From Octopus vulgaris (Eukaryota), in assembly GCA_951406725.2 (NCBI GenBank), contig OX597825.1:68200001-68264000 (forward strand): DNA of 64,000 nt. Direction: 5' to 3'. A model generated the notes under the pieces. The model saw only the letters and a list, made by a program, of their open reading frames with translations, was not told the DNA's origin and searched no databases. Of the stretch, positions 48,761 to 62,170 are shown piece by piece. Numbering within the stretch: position 1 is the first letter of the stretch; the number at the start of each line of letters is the position of its first letter. The position numbers were made by a program, and so were the translations under genes.

Positions 48761-49449
48761 TTTTTATTATATATATATATATAAATACACACACACATAT
48801 ATACACTCATATACATACATAAATATATGTACACAAAGGAGAGACAGGGAGAGAAAGACAGATGGACAGAAAGATAGATTGACAGACAGACAGATAAATG
48901 GATAGATAGATATACATGCATAGATATGTACATACATAAGCACATAGGTATATAAACATACATAAATATGAGAGAAAGAAAATGGAAGCTTTAAACAGCA
49001 TACTACAAGGTGCATGCCCAAATATAGAATTATTACATAGATAAATATATATCTATATCTATATCTATATCTAACTATCTATCCCTCCTTTTATATATAT
49101 ATAATGGCTTCATGCAGGCATAGCATGGATTTGATCCTTGATTGCCAAATTTCACTTAGCAGTTCAACAGCACTTTTCTCATGGTAAAATAATAGTTTTT
49201 CTGTGAGTGACAGCAGTTACATTTGCCAGATGCCTTCACTAAGCAGAATGTCTTTGCCACTTAACCCTTCTAACCTCTTCTAGGCCACCAAAAGTTAAAT
49301 TAGAGATAAAAGACTGCCAATAAAATCTATTGTTTTCAACAATATGTCTTTCCTTCTTGCTGGTTTTGGATAGTTATAAAAACAAGAACCCCATAAGCCA
49401 AAGTTAGTTAGTGAGAACCAAGTCTGGCTGACTTGCTGAACAACAGAGA

Positions 49450-49990
49450 AAACTTGGAACAAGGATGGGCTTTTCCACGGGATGATGATTCAAAGCACAC
49501 AGCAAAGCTGACCAAGAATTGGGTGAAAACAAATGGGATTAATGTTCTAGAATGGCCAAGTCAATCTCCAGACCTTAATCCAATTGAAAATTTGTGGAGA
49601 GAATTGAAACTCGGAGTTCAAAACAGACCTGCATAACTTACAAGAATTGAAAAGAATATGTGAAAAGAATAGAGAAAAATAATCCCCACTACAGGTAAAA
49701 AGTATTTAGGAGACTATTCAAAGTGCCTGCAAGTTCTCATCATCAACAAGGGTTATGCAATTAAAAAGTGATTCGATTGTATAAATGTGTTGTAAACTTT
49801 TGCATTTTGAAGTTCAACTTGTTTCCATATAAAATTTTTCCCACTCATTATTATGTAATTCTGATTGTTGCATTGAATTTATTACCAAAAACTTCATAAA
49901 TGGTGAAAATTTCATTAACTTGCATTTAACTCAATATACGTAAACTTGGATTTTTGATTGTGTGTTGTAAACTTTTGTGGGTCACTTTAT
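49450..49990 (+). mobile_element. Tc1 (DD34E) transposase 3' remnant and right end
   Basis: DDDSKHTAK...[18 protein letters not shown]; end taaacttttgtgggtcact. Confidence 0.85.
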
Positions 49991-50290
49991 ATACATATAT
50001 GTAGGGTGTCTGGTCATAGAGAATCTGCGTGGATAAACCCTGTCCAAACCAAGCAAGCATGGAAAAGTTGGTATTAAACCAATAATAATGGTGGTAGTGG
50101 AGGACGAGGAGGATTAAATATACATATGTATTTATACACCTGTAAAGGTGTATATACTTTGCTTATGTATGTATATATATATATATGTGTGTGTATGTGT
50201 ATATGGATATATGTTTATATTTATATATATTAAATTGTATGTGTATCCTGTTTCATGTATATATTTATTTCTATTTTGAAAGTTCTTTAT

Positions 50291-50417
50291 AATCTTTGAC
50301 GAGGCCTATGGTTATATATATGTACCCCATTTTTAAATGCCTACAACCTCAATATAATTGAAAACTATAGGCACTGAAAAACTACTTTTTTCCATAGGCT
50401 GAAACAGCTGTAAGAGT
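50291..50417 (+). ncRNA. Hammerhead motif (C3->U) with ~80 nt structured loop II
   Basis: tct-tTGACGA-ggcctatgg...ccataggct-GAAA-cagctg-TA-aga. Confidence 0.6.
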
Positions 50418-50604
50418 GATTTTAATGATTCCAATAATTTATATTAAGGTTTTTATAATTGTATTCTTATCTTATATGTATTGAATTTTAATGTATATAT
50501 GTATGTTATTATGGTTCTCGTTTTGTTAAATAAATAAATAAGTCGACATTCTAATATCCTAAAGCTGATGAACCAACTAAATTGTTTTTCCATTTTCTTA
50601 TTTG

Positions 50605-50653
<49 letters not shown>

Positions 50654-50716
50654 TATATACTTTGACAAAAAAAATGTGAGAAAATTCTTTCACAGTAGAC
50701 AAATAACCTATCTATC

Positions 50717-50765
<49 letters not shown>

Positions 50766-51034
50766 TGTGTGTGTGTGTGTGTTATCTGCATGAATGTTGA
50801 TATTCCATACTTGTCATCATTTGAGTGAAAAGGTAACGATGTTCACATTCCATGTTTGCATTACAACCAGTCTGCTCTACACTTCTGAAAACTTCTGAAA
50901 TAAAAGGAAGACAACAACAACAAAAAAAAAACTTCCCTAATTTGAAAAATAGGTAATGAGCCTCAAATAATTTGCATCAAATCCAAGCTTGTGTTGAAAA
51001 ACAAACAATACAAATGAAACAAAAAAATCATACA

Positions 51035-51069
<35 letters not shown>

Positions 51070-51449
51070 GAGCAAAACGCCCCCCTCCCAGTCCAATGGA
51101 CGGTGCTGAGTTGTCAAACATTTAAACCAAATTTTCTCAAAACAATTTGTCTGACCATTCCATAGGCCTCCCCTTTGAGAAACACTGATTTAACCTAAAT
51201 TTGAGACACCAGCAAAAGAAGAAATAAAGATAGACTTTTTTCTATTCCAAGAAAAATGATTTTAACAAATGCACGTTCCCACGGCTTTATCGATCGTATT
51301 CTCACCTGGAATCAAATTTTGTAATTTTTTCAAGACTTATACACGCCCTGATACCGTCAGTATCTACATATCAAATTTGAGTGCAATAAGATGGAGGATG
51401 CCCGAGATCCGAGAAGACACACACACACAGATAGAACAGATTTTATATA

Positions 51450-51450
<1 letters not shown>
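51070..51450 (-). mobile_element. Helitron-like 5' portion; inverted homolog of 7510-7700
   Basis: tatataaaatctgttctatctgtgtg start on minus; ~185 bp shared with VPS33B intron 15. Confidence 0.55.
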
Positions 51451-51481
<31 letters not shown>

Positions 51482-51490
51482 ACGTACACA

Positions 51491-52152
51491 CAGAGTGTAA
51501 CAGGTAGATTGGGACAGATTTCAAATGGGTATATTTCTAATTGTATAGATTTTGTTGGGGTCTAAATTTTAAATGTTACTAGCTTAAGTAATCACTTGTA
51601 CTAATTTTTTATTTGAACAAATTATAAATATTGATAGTGAATTAAACCATAGAAGCATAATTTCCAAAGTGCTGGAGAGATTGTTAGAGCAGCAAAGTAT
51701 GCAAATCTACTGTTTTTAGACTCGTGGCCAATTTGAAGAAAAGTCAAGATGTTCAGAAAAAGCTTCACAGTCCTCGTAATGACTGAAAATGCACTCCTCG
51801 CTTCTTAACAGGATGTAAAAGATTCATTGAGTTGAACCCATCAAAATCGATGGTGATGTTGGCTCAAGATTGAGGAATCAATAAAATGACCATTTCTAGA
51901 ACTGTGAGACAAGACTTCCATAGGAAACTGTACATGAGGAGACACTGTAACATCCTAACTATCTGCTCGAAAGCCATTTCAGCTGAAAAAGTACAACTTC
52001 TAAATCATCTGAAACATCGTGTTGGAGACATCTTCATCTTTGTAGATGAAAAGAAATTCATGGTAGGCTAAGTTGCAAACAGTCCAAATTCACGAGTGAT
52101 AGCACTTGACCCTTACCAAGTTCCTTCAGCTACTCATAACAAGAATCTGGCT
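51491..52152 (+). mobile_element. maT/mariner-like transposase 5' remnant
   Basis: cagagtgt terminus; NPSKSM...GINKMTISRTVRQD...IFIFVDEKKF (first catalytic Asp). Confidence 0.7.
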
Positions 52153-52153
52153 T

Positions 52154-52416
52154 GTCACAGATGTGTGATGAAAGATTTACAGACAATGGACATGAGTTAC
52201 AATAAGAACAGTAATAAATAAGTGAAGAATGAATATATAGTGCATGTGTTTATTTGGCAAAAAAAAAAAATGACCATTGTTGTATTTTGGGGTGGTCATA
52301 TTTTTTTTTTTGCCAAATAAACACATGCACTATATATTCGTTCTTCACTCATTTATTGCTGTTCTTACTTTAACTCATGTCCATTGTCTGGAAATCTTCC
52401 ATCACACATCTGTGAC
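52154..52416. repeat. Long inverted repeat (~122 bp arms, ~16 bp spacer)
   Basis: gtcacagatgtgtgatg...tgacca / tggtca...catcacacatctgtgac. Confidence 0.9.
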
Positions 52417-52651
52417 CTCTTCAATGACACTTTCCGTCCTTGTGTGTTCTCCTGCTCTGCTTAGTCCATTCTCTATAAATATAGATGTAGCTAGAAGGTA
52501 AGAAGCTTGCTTCCCAACCACATGGTTCTGTGTACAGTCCCACTATGAGGCACCCTAGGCAAGTGTCTTCTACTATAGTCACGGGCTGATCAAAGCCCTG
52601 TGAATGGATTTAGTAGATGGCAACTAAAAGAAGCCCATCATATATTTATGA

Positions 52652-52692
<41 letters not shown>

Positions 52693-52696
<4 letters not shown>

Positions 52697-53005
52697 GAGT
52701 GTAGCGAGGTCATCAGAGAGAAGTCCAGCATGAGAGATGTCATCGTAGAATATACACGCAGCAAGTTTAGATGGGCTGGACACGTTGCCCAGCTTACTGA
52801 TAATCAGTGGACCCGCGCAGTTGTCGAGTGGTACCCACATGAGAGGAAATGACCACTCCGAAGGCCTCCATGATGGTGGAGTTATGATTTTAGGAAGGCA
52901 ATTGGGATCACGTACATAAGGAAGGTGCGATCCAGAGAGGAGTGGACAGTGTGCTGTGACCAGCAGTGTCAAATGGACACCTGACGAACTGGTCGGTCAA
53001 GGTGA
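52693..53005 (+). mobile_element. RTE-1-like LINE 3' fragment within (TA)n
   Basis: SKFRWAGHVAQLTDNQWTRAVVEWYP. Confidence 0.75.
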
Positions 53006-53012
53006 TATATAA

Positions 53013-53107
<95 letters not shown>

Positions 53108-53141
53108 TATATATATATATACACAATATATATATACACAC

Positions 53142-53244
<103 letters not shown>

Positions 53245-53689
53245 CACACACATATAAAGCCAGAAAGAAAAACGGCCGATCAGGTTCAAACTTTGATCGC
53301 GTGACCACAATAGTACCGACTATAAGCACACATGCGCAGAAAGCATTGTGACAATAATAAAGATATGTTATGGTAAAAGTGTGGATAATTTTTGACTTCC
53401 CCTTATACATAGGCAGAGAATGTCTTATTTGAGAAACAGTTAGCAAACTATGAAATGGCATGTTAGAACTTCTTTCTCTCTTTTTGCACATAAAATCTTT
53501 CCATAAAATCTATGTCGATCTAGGAGTTTATAAAAAAAACATTTTACGTAAGTAATGATTTTTAATTTAAGAAAATCTTTCTTCAAATATATGTGTGTGT
53601 GTATGTGTTACAAATCAAATTGGAAATTCTTAAATACATAAAAAGTAGTTCAAAGGAAAAGTTTGTCAATTAAAAGGAACAGATTCATC

Positions 53690-53721
<32 letters not shown>

Positions 53722-55216
53722 CACCATCATCATCACCATCATCAACCATCACCATCATCACCACCATCACCATGAACATCAGCCTTATCATCATCAGCCT
53801 CATTATCAGCTTCATCATCATCATCATCATCATCATCAGCTTCATCACCATCAACATCATCATCATCGCCGTCATAGTCATCATCATTATCATCCTCATC
53901 ACTATTGTCCTCCTCATCATCATCATCGTCGTCGTTCTCCTCTTCCTCTTCGTCCTCCATCATAATTACAAATAGACCAAAAGAATGCGACCGCAAGTCA
54001 TACAGATAAAGTTTCTTTTCTCTGATTATACTGCTGCTGCTGCTGCTACTACTACTATGATAGCCTCTGCTTCAATTTTCTCTGAGCTAGATAGCCATAT
54101 ACCTGTTCCACCCAGGCTAAAGTTAGCATAGCCTTCGGTTTGAATCTGTAAATTTGGTAGCAGATTGAGTTAGTGAAATAAGTACAGTTGTCAGATTAAG
54201 TCTGTATTATGTAATGTTAGAAGAACTGCCAGCTTCAATTTGGGAAGGTAATAGAGCTGTCAGTTTTAGCTATTGTAATCAGCAGTGTGTAAGAAGGTGA
54301 AATTAATAGATTTGTCATTTTGAGTCTGTGATGTTACTTCAGCTGTCAGCTCAATTCTGTGAAGTTAATAATCCTGTTTGACCCAAGTTTGTGAAGCTCA
54401 AGTTTATATAATTGTCACCTGGGTCACTCAAGTTAGTAGAGTTATCAGTATGGGTCCATAAAGGTGCCGTCATGAGCCGCTGTTAGTAGCACTGTCAATT
54501 TGAATTTCTCAAGTTGGTAGGACTTGAGCCAATGAAATTAGATGAGCTTGCAGTTTCAGTTTGTGAAGTCAATAGAGCAAGTACGCTTGAGCCTCTGGAG
54601 TTCATCATCATCATCATCAACATCGTTTAGCATCCGCTTTCCATGCTAGCATGGGTTGGACAGTTCAACTGGGGTCTGGGAAGCCAGAAGGCTGCACCAG
54701 GCCCAGTCTGATCTGGTAATGTTTCTACAGCTGGATGCCCTTCCTAATGCCAACTACTCCATGAGTGTAGTGGGTGCTTTTTACATGCCACTGGCACAGG
54801 TGCCAGACAAGGCTGGCAAACAGCCATGATCAGATGGTGCTCTTTACATGCCACCGGCACGGGGGCCAGGCAAGGCTGGCAACGGCCACGATCGGATGGT
54901 GCTTTTTACATGCCACCGGCACAGAGGCCAGTCGGGGCGGTGCTGGTAATGGTGAGTTAGGTGAGTTTTTAAGTGGAGTGTTTGATGTCAGTAGAGATGT
55001 CAGTTTGTGTTAGAGAAAATAGTTGATCTATAAACTTGAGCCAGGGAAGTTTGTAGTGAAATCATTTTGAGCTTTTTAATTTAGTAGGAATTCAGTTTAA
55101 GTTAATGAAGCAGCTTTCATCATGTATAAAGTTAGTAGAGCTACTTTTGAAGTTAATACAGCCTGTCTGTTTGAATCCCTGGCATCTGTACAGCTGATAC
55201 CTTAGGCCTGTGAATT

Positions 55217-55412
55217 ACCATACTTTCCAGCATACAAGTCAATATAGTATACAGTGTAAACTTGTAGTGTAAACATTCAAAGATTACCACTATCTTTCCA
55301 AATCTCACTGTATTTATAATCCTCCAGAGTCATCTTGCTATATAAGGCGACCTACCATTTTTGACTGAAATATTGGTCTGAAAAATTCAACTTATATGCT
55401 GGAAAATATTTT
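55217..55412. mobile_element. pogo/Tc2-like MITE
   Basis: ttccagcatacaagtc / aacttatatgctggaa TIR; related ends at 24165-24252 and 56530-56580. Confidence 0.5.
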
Positions 55413-55994
55413 AAATAAGTTCTTTTTCTTTTTTTTTAATCTTAAACTTAATTAACCATTTTGGCACCAGTCTATGAGAAAGCATCCCCGGTTCTATTAT
55501 ACAAGCTTCTTGTTTTAAAAGAATTTTAATTAAAACCTTTCATCAAAACTCCATTTAAATTTATGCTGCAATCACCAGACAAATTATGACAGAGTTATTT
55601 TTTACGTAATTCTTCATTATTTTTATAATTAATTAAAACAAAGACACTGAACAGCAAATATTAACCCTTTTGTTACCAACCCAGCTGAAACTGGCTCTGG
55701 CTCTAAATACAAATGTCTTGTTTCCATAAGTTTTGAATTAAATTCTTCCACCAAACCTTAGTCTCAATTTATGTTCCTAACACTTTCTTAATGATAACTA
55801 AGTTATTTTACTAAATTCTTTGTTATATTTAAAATTAATTAAAAGAAACACAGAGCATCTCAAAATAAATACGGTAACAAACAAGTTGAAATAAAACTGT
55901 GAACATTTATATTTAATATATTTGTATACACTCAAACATAGGAAAACTGTCTCTGCAGTAATTGTTTCAGAAAAGAAATTCTCTTATAGACTAT

Positions 55995-56399
55995 AGACGT
56001 AGGAGTGGCTGCGTAGTAAGTAGCTTGCTTACCAACCACATGGTTCCGGGTTCAGTCCCACTGCATGACACCTTGGGCAAGTGTCTTCTACTATAGCCTC
56101 GGGCTGAACAAAATCTTGTGAGTGGATTTGGTAGACGGAAACTGAAAGAAGTCCGTCATATGCGTGTGTGTGTGTGTGGGGGGGGTGTTTGTGCATCTGT
56201 ATTTGTCCACCCAACATCGCTTGACAACCGATGCTGGTGTGTTTACGTCCCCGTAACTTAGCGGTTCAGCAAAAGAGACCGATAGAATCAGTACTAGACT
56301 TACAAAGAATAAGTCCTGGGGTTGATTTGCTCAACTAAAGGCGGTGCTCCAGCATGGCCACAGTCAAATGACTGATACAAGTAAAAGAGTAAAAGAGTA
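55995..56399 (+). mobile_element. SINE family A, full length
   Basis: Consensus match. Confidence 0.9.
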
Positions 56400-56886
56400 G
56401 CTCGCTCACACAAAATTAATTTCAGGCCTTGTGCTTAGACTAAAAGGAATTATTTTCCCATTCCTTGCTGCATTTTACATGGAGATTTTGGCCCTCCAAA
56501 GTTACCAGCCTAGCTGTTTTGGCTGTGAATTTTGATCTGGAAAATTTGACTTGTATGTTGGAAATAACAGTCATATAGCTGTCAACTTCAACCTGTTGAA
56601 TGTAAGTACCGTAAAAACCCATGTAATTCACACATTTTTTTTTTTTTTTTTCTTTTGCAGAAATAAAAATAAACTTTAGAGGTGTGAAAATTTCATGAGC
56701 AGATCAATTTCAGAATCTTTTTTAGAAATTTTTTTTTGTTGAAAACATGTACAAAACATAAACATTCATACTAGAAGTTGAATCATTTAAAGTCAGAATG
56801 GTTCTTTTACAGAAAAAAGTAAAGGCTTAAATATAACAAAGTTAACTTTTATTTATGCTGGATGGTATAATGCTTACTTTTCCTGT

Positions 56887-57280
56887 GTGGAGGCGCAATG
56901 GCCCAGTGGTTAGGGCAGCGGACTCGCGGTCATAGGATTGCGGTTTCGATTCCCAGACCGGGCGTTGTGAGTGTTTATTGAGTGAAAACACCTAAAGCTC
57001 CACGAGGCTCCGGCAGGGGATGGTGGTGGTCCCTGCCTTACTCTTTCACCACAACTTTCTCTCACTCTTACTTCCTGTTTCTGTTGTACCTGTATTTCAA
57101 AGGGCCAGCCTTGTCACTCTCTGTGTCACGCTGAATATCCCCGAGAACTACGTTAAGGGTACACGTGTCTGTGGAGTGCTCAGCCACTTACACGTTAATT
57201 TCACGAGCAGGCTGTTCCGTTGATTCGGATCAACCGGAACCCTCATCATCGTAACCGACGGAGTGCTTCCATTCCATTCC
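56887..57280 (+). mobile_element. tRNA-head SINE family H, full length
   Basis: ggcgcaatggcccagtggttagg...ggtttcgattccc head; tail also at 1530-1620 and 6210-6320; cttttcctgt repeated on both flanks. Confidence 0.85.
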
Positions 57281-57530
57281 ACTTTTCCTGTATAAATTTA
57301 CTAAAACCATTAATGTTTATTGGTAATTAAGCTTAATTTGCAACACTTGTGTTATTTATCGCTTTGTTTCTGTTGCTAATTCTTATCAACAAATTTTCCT
57401 GTGATCATGATTTGAGAAGACATACAGCAGTTTGCTAATGATCAGACAGTCTCTTGAGGGCAAGAAATGTAAAATAAAGTTTATTATAAACAACACAATC
57501 ACTTTGTAATTTAATAGCTTTTAATGTGAT

Positions 57531-57768
57531 ACCTATTTCTTTACTACCCACAAGGGGCTAAATACAGAGAGGACAAACAAGGACAGACAAACGGATTAAG
57601 TCGATTACATCGACCCCAGTGCGTAACTTGTACTTATTTAATCAACCCCGAAAGGATGAAAGGCAAAGTCGACCTCGGTGGAATTTGAACTCAGAACGTA
57701 GTGGCAGACGAAATACTGGTAAGCATTTCACCCAGCGTGCTAACGTTTCTGCCAGCTCACTGCCTTTT
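57531..57768 (-). mobile_element. SINE family B with 16 bp target-site duplication
   Basis: ttttaatgtgatacct on both sides. Confidence 0.88.
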
Positions 57769-58039
57769 TAATGTGATACCTGTTAAACAGAAATTATTTT
57801 TTATTTAATGAAAATTTAATAAAATCTAATCATAAGTAAGTGAAATTATGCTAAATACAACTAAACTGAAAACCTTTACCCCTTGATCATATCGGCAATT
57901 CTGAAAACTTTTGGGTGCGAATTTTACAGAAGTAAAAGCTTTTTTCAACAAATTTTATCCTCAAAATTACCTGTGTAAATTACACAGGTGCACAAATTAC
58001 ATGGGTTTTCACGGTAAGTAAAGTAAAATCCCTAGCTGG

Positions 58040-58270
58040 CAACTAGAGGCTGTCCTTTCAACCAATATGCTCCTAGGGTGCCACTGGACGATGGCCTCTG
58101 GTGATAATGTTATTCCACACTTTCTGATCCATGGTACTGGTCTTAACATGCTTGAGGTCGAGGCAAAGCGACTTCAGGCCTTTCTCAATTTGTTTCACCT
58201 GTCTTCTTTTGGTGTGCTGCACTGGGATGTAATTCAACAGGGATTTGATTACTATTTCCCCATCAAATTT
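58040..58270 (-). mobile_element. Old RTE-like LINE 3' remnant
   Basis: QIEKGLKSLCLDLKHVKTSTMDQKVWNNII resembles RTE C-termini. Confidence 0.4.
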
Positions 58271-59411
58271 GAGTTACTATCTAGAATCTAGATACATGTG
58301 TGAACTATCATCGTTTTAGCATCCACTTTTCCAGGCTTACATGGATCAGATAGAATTTGTTGCAGATGATCTTCTATTGCCAGATGCCATTCTGGTCACC
58401 AACTCTCATTTGTTTCCAAGCAACATAATAATTCCTCATTACTGGACATGGTTTTTATGGAAGAATAAAAAAGGAATGACACCTCTTGTATGAGGGTGAC
58501 ACTCATTTACAACAATTCACATTATGCCAAGATGAGAAGGCACCCACATACACACATGCACACACACAAATAATAAGCTGCTTTCAGTTACCATCTACCA
58601 AATCCACTCGCAAGGCTTTGATTGGCCCCGAGCTAAAGTAAAAGACACTTGCTAAAAGTGCCATGCAGTGAGATTGAACTCGGAACCATGTGAAATGGAA
58701 GCAAACATCTTAACCACACAGCCATGCTTCCAGAGAGGTGTATATAGTTGTATATTCTAGGGTATATTGTAAATGTTTAAGTACTTAGACATTGGTACAT
58801 AGAGGTAAGTAGTTACACATATCTTAAATAAAATGATCTGCAATGTTGACACTTTAACAACATTCTAATGAAAGAAGGATCACATTAACATTATTCTACC
58901 ACTTTCATGTTCAAACTGGCCAGATTTGGCTTCTCAAACTTACCCTACAATGTCATTCTAAAAATAAACAATCACATTATTGAAATCTCGAAGATACAAG
59001 AGAATACATGATTAATTCGAAAACATTTTTTATATCTTTTATTTTTTAACTTTTACTTGTTTCAGTCATATGACTGCAGCCATGCTGGAGCACTACCTTG
59101 AAAGGTTTTAGTCAAACAACTCAACCCCAGGACTTGTTTTTTAAAGCCTAGTACTTATTCTATCGGTTGCTATTGCTGAACTGCTAAGTTACAGGGATAT
59201 AAATACACCAATACCAGTTGTCATGTGGTGGTGGGGGACAAACACAGACACAAAGACACACCTGGAACAACTGAATCTTAGTCAGTCAGTTGATGGGCTC
59301 CACTACCTCAAATGTTCTTAAAATTTAAATCCACATCTTTGTCTATATATCTACCTTCTCTATAATGTTGCCACTTGATATGAAAATTTTTGTATTAATG
59401 GAAAACCTCTA

Positions 59412-59504
59412 TAATTGGCTGATGAGTGCTCAGCATTTTAAAACTGTTGTAATACTTACAACACTTAATAAAATGATGTAGTATGAAACGATCATACCAA
59501 ATTA
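59412..59504 (+). ncRNA. Hammerhead motif with extended multi-segment stem II
   Basis: ttgg-CTGATGA-gtgct..catttta..tgttgtaa/ttacaaca..taaaatg..agtat-GAAA-cgatca-TA-ccaa. Confidence 0.65.
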
Positions 59505-60079
59505 CCGGAGTCATTCTTGTTGCTTATTTTGATTATATATTTTGATTCATCATCATCATCATCATCATTTAGCGTCCGTTCTCCATGCTAGCATGGGTTG
59601 GACGGTTCAACTGGGGTCTGTGAAGCTGGAAGGCTTCATCAGGCCCAGTCAGATCTGGCAGTGTTTCTACGGCTGGATGCCCTTCCTAACGCCAACCACT
59701 CCGTGAGTGTAGTGGGTGCTTTTTATGTGCCACCCGCACAGGTGCCAGACAGAGCTGGCAAACGGCCACGAACGGATGGTGCTTTTACGTGTTTATATAT
59801 ATATATATATATACTTGGAAAAGGATACATGGCAGTCGATCATATCATAATATAAATAATATATAAATATATGCATATATACACACATATATATATACTC
59901 AAAACACGGAGTAGATGAAACAGGGACAACTGATGAAAGGGGAATATTCTTTATGTTGCATGTCTCATTTCTCATTGTGTTCAACATTTTTTTGATGTCT
60001 TGTATATATGTGTATGGTGTGTGTGTGTGTGGTGGGATTCTTTCAGTTTCCATCAACGAAATCCACTCACAAGACTTAA

Positions 60080-60300
60080 CCCTTTAGTGTTCACATTATT
60101 CTGCCAAAGTTAATCCTTTTTTATCCACATTGTTTTGAACTAATCATGCATTATCTTGTAGCTATGAGATTTTGATGAGGTAGCTGTTAATTTTTAAAAC
60201 GATATTGTAGGTTTGGTGTGAGAGACCAGATCTGGCCAGTTTGAACATAAAACAGGCAGAATACTTTTGGCCGGATATGGCCAGTTTAAATGCTAAAGGG
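60080..60300. mobile_element. TTAA-flanked MITE inserted into a family A SINE
   Basis: TTAA|CCCTTTAG...CTAAAGGG|TTAA; fragments at 15389, 24789, 58880, 61082. Confidence 0.85.
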
Positions 60301-61334
60301 TTAAGTCAGCTTGAGGCTATAGTAGAAGACACTTGACCAAGGTGACACACAGTGTGACTGAACCTGGAGCCATGTGGTTGGGAAGCAAGCTTGTTACCAC
60401 ATAGCCGTGCCTATGAATAAATAAGCATTACATTTGACGGTGTAGTCTGAATGCTAAAGGGTTAATTGAAAAGAGACATTATGTTCCATGCTGAATCCAA
60501 ATATTTCATTCAAAGGTTTAATCCCTACTGGTTTATCTAGTGTGTGTTTAGTTGAATTAATGCAAAGTGCATTAAGCAATTTAGTACACTTCCCTTGAGA
60601 GTTGAAATGCAGCCAAGGTAATTTTACCTTTTTGTTCTTCTGCGATCAATAAAGTACCAGTCAAGGCAATAATTGACAGAGTTGCTAGGGTATCGGATGA
60701 AACGCTTAGTAATATTTACTCTTGTTAGGGCAGCAAGCTGGCAGAATCGGTCGCGTGCCAGGCAAAAATAAATGTCAAGTGATATTTCATCCATCTTTAC
60801 ATTCTCAGTTCAAATTTTGCCCAGATTGACTTTGCCTTTCATCCTTTTGGGGTTGATAAAATAAGTACCAGTTGAACACTGGGGTCAATGTAATTGACTT
60901 GCCCCTTCCCCGAAATTGCTGGCCTTGTGCCAAAATTTGAAAGCACTATTTTTTTCTTGTTCTTTGCATTCTGAATTCAAATCCAAATATTGTGGCCATG
61001 CTGGGGTACTACCTTGAAACATTTTAGTTGAATGAATCAACCCAGTTTATTGTAATTTTTTTTAAAAGCCTGGTAGAAAAATTAACCCTTTAGCAATCAG
61101 ATTATTTTGTCAAATGTAATGATTGAAGACAGTAGGTTTCCTCAAATGCTCAGGTGGATCATGAGAAGTAGTAGATAGCTTCTGTTATCTGGGGCAGTGC
61201 TACTCAAAGTTGTGGTCTGTGGACTGTTGCTGGCCTGCGAGTCATCAGCTGCCAGTACACAGCGAGTTTCCAGAAAAGAAAGAAACATTATAACATGCTT
61301 ATAAAAAGCTTATATAATATTGTATTATTTGTTT

Positions 61335-61740
61335 AGGAGTGGCTGTGTGGTAAGTAGCTTGCTTACCAACCACATGGTTCCGGGTTCAGTCCCACTGCGT
61401 GGAACCTTGGCCAAGTTTCTTCTACTATAGTCTCAGGCCGACCAAAGCCTTGTGAGTGGATTTGGTAGACGGAAACTGAAAGAAGCCCGTCGTATATATG
61501 TATATATATGTGAATGCGTGTGTATGTGTTGGTATGTCTGTGTTTGTCCCCGCCAACATCGATTGACAACCAATGCTGGTGTGTTTATGACCCCGTTACT
61601 TAGCAGTTCGGCAAAAGAGACTGATAGAATAAGTACTAGGCTTACAAAGAATAAGTCCCGGGGTCGATTTGCTCGACTAAAGGCGGTGCTCCAGCATGGC
61701 CGCAGTCAAATGACTGAAACAAATAAAAGAGTAAAGAGTA
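61335..61740 (+). mobile_element. SINE family A, full length
   Basis: Consensus match. Confidence 0.9.
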
Positions 61741-61779
61741 TAAGATAAAAAAAATTGTCAACTTTTATTGTATCCATTA

Positions 61780-62170
61780 CTAGCAGTATCGCCCGGCGTT
61801 GCTCGGGTTTGTAAGGGAAATAACTATATAAGCATTTTTAGAGATGTAAAGTATAATAGCCATCTCAATATGGCTAACCACAAAGCGGGGGTGTTACTGT
61901 AGCTTTTTATGTTCTGAGATTTAATTATAAATTTTTAGAGAGTTACTTCCCTTATATATGCCAAAAATGCATTAAAATGGGAAAAATTGATGGTAAATTT
62001 TTTTTAAATCGTAGACTCATCGTAGACGCGCGCTAATACCCAGAAGGGCTCGATATGAATCACGACTATAAGATACCCGCTTTTGGTTACACTGCACCGC
62101 AAAATGTGGGAGTAGTTAGGAATCTAAATCGTAGGAGACAGACACACAACTTCACTTTTATATATAAAGA
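61780..62170 (-). mobile_element. Non-autonomous Helitron, same family as 22967-23268
   Basis: A|TC...cccgagcaacgccggg...CTAG|T on minus. Confidence 0.88.

Larger units (their letters stand above)
56609..58014. mobile_element. TA-flanked non-autonomous DNA transposon carrying two nested SINEs
   Basis: TA|ccgtaaaaacccatgtaatt ... aattacatgggttttcacgg|TA. Confidence 0.75.

Noticed and set aside
49105-49285. Protein-like minus-strand stretch (KRLEGLSGKDILL...)
   Set aside because: In-frame stop, no donor, no recognisable family.
56887-56960. tRNA-like sequence
   Set aside because: Head of a SINE that continues into body and tail; no complete cloverleaf or terminator. The same applies to family A, B and G heads.
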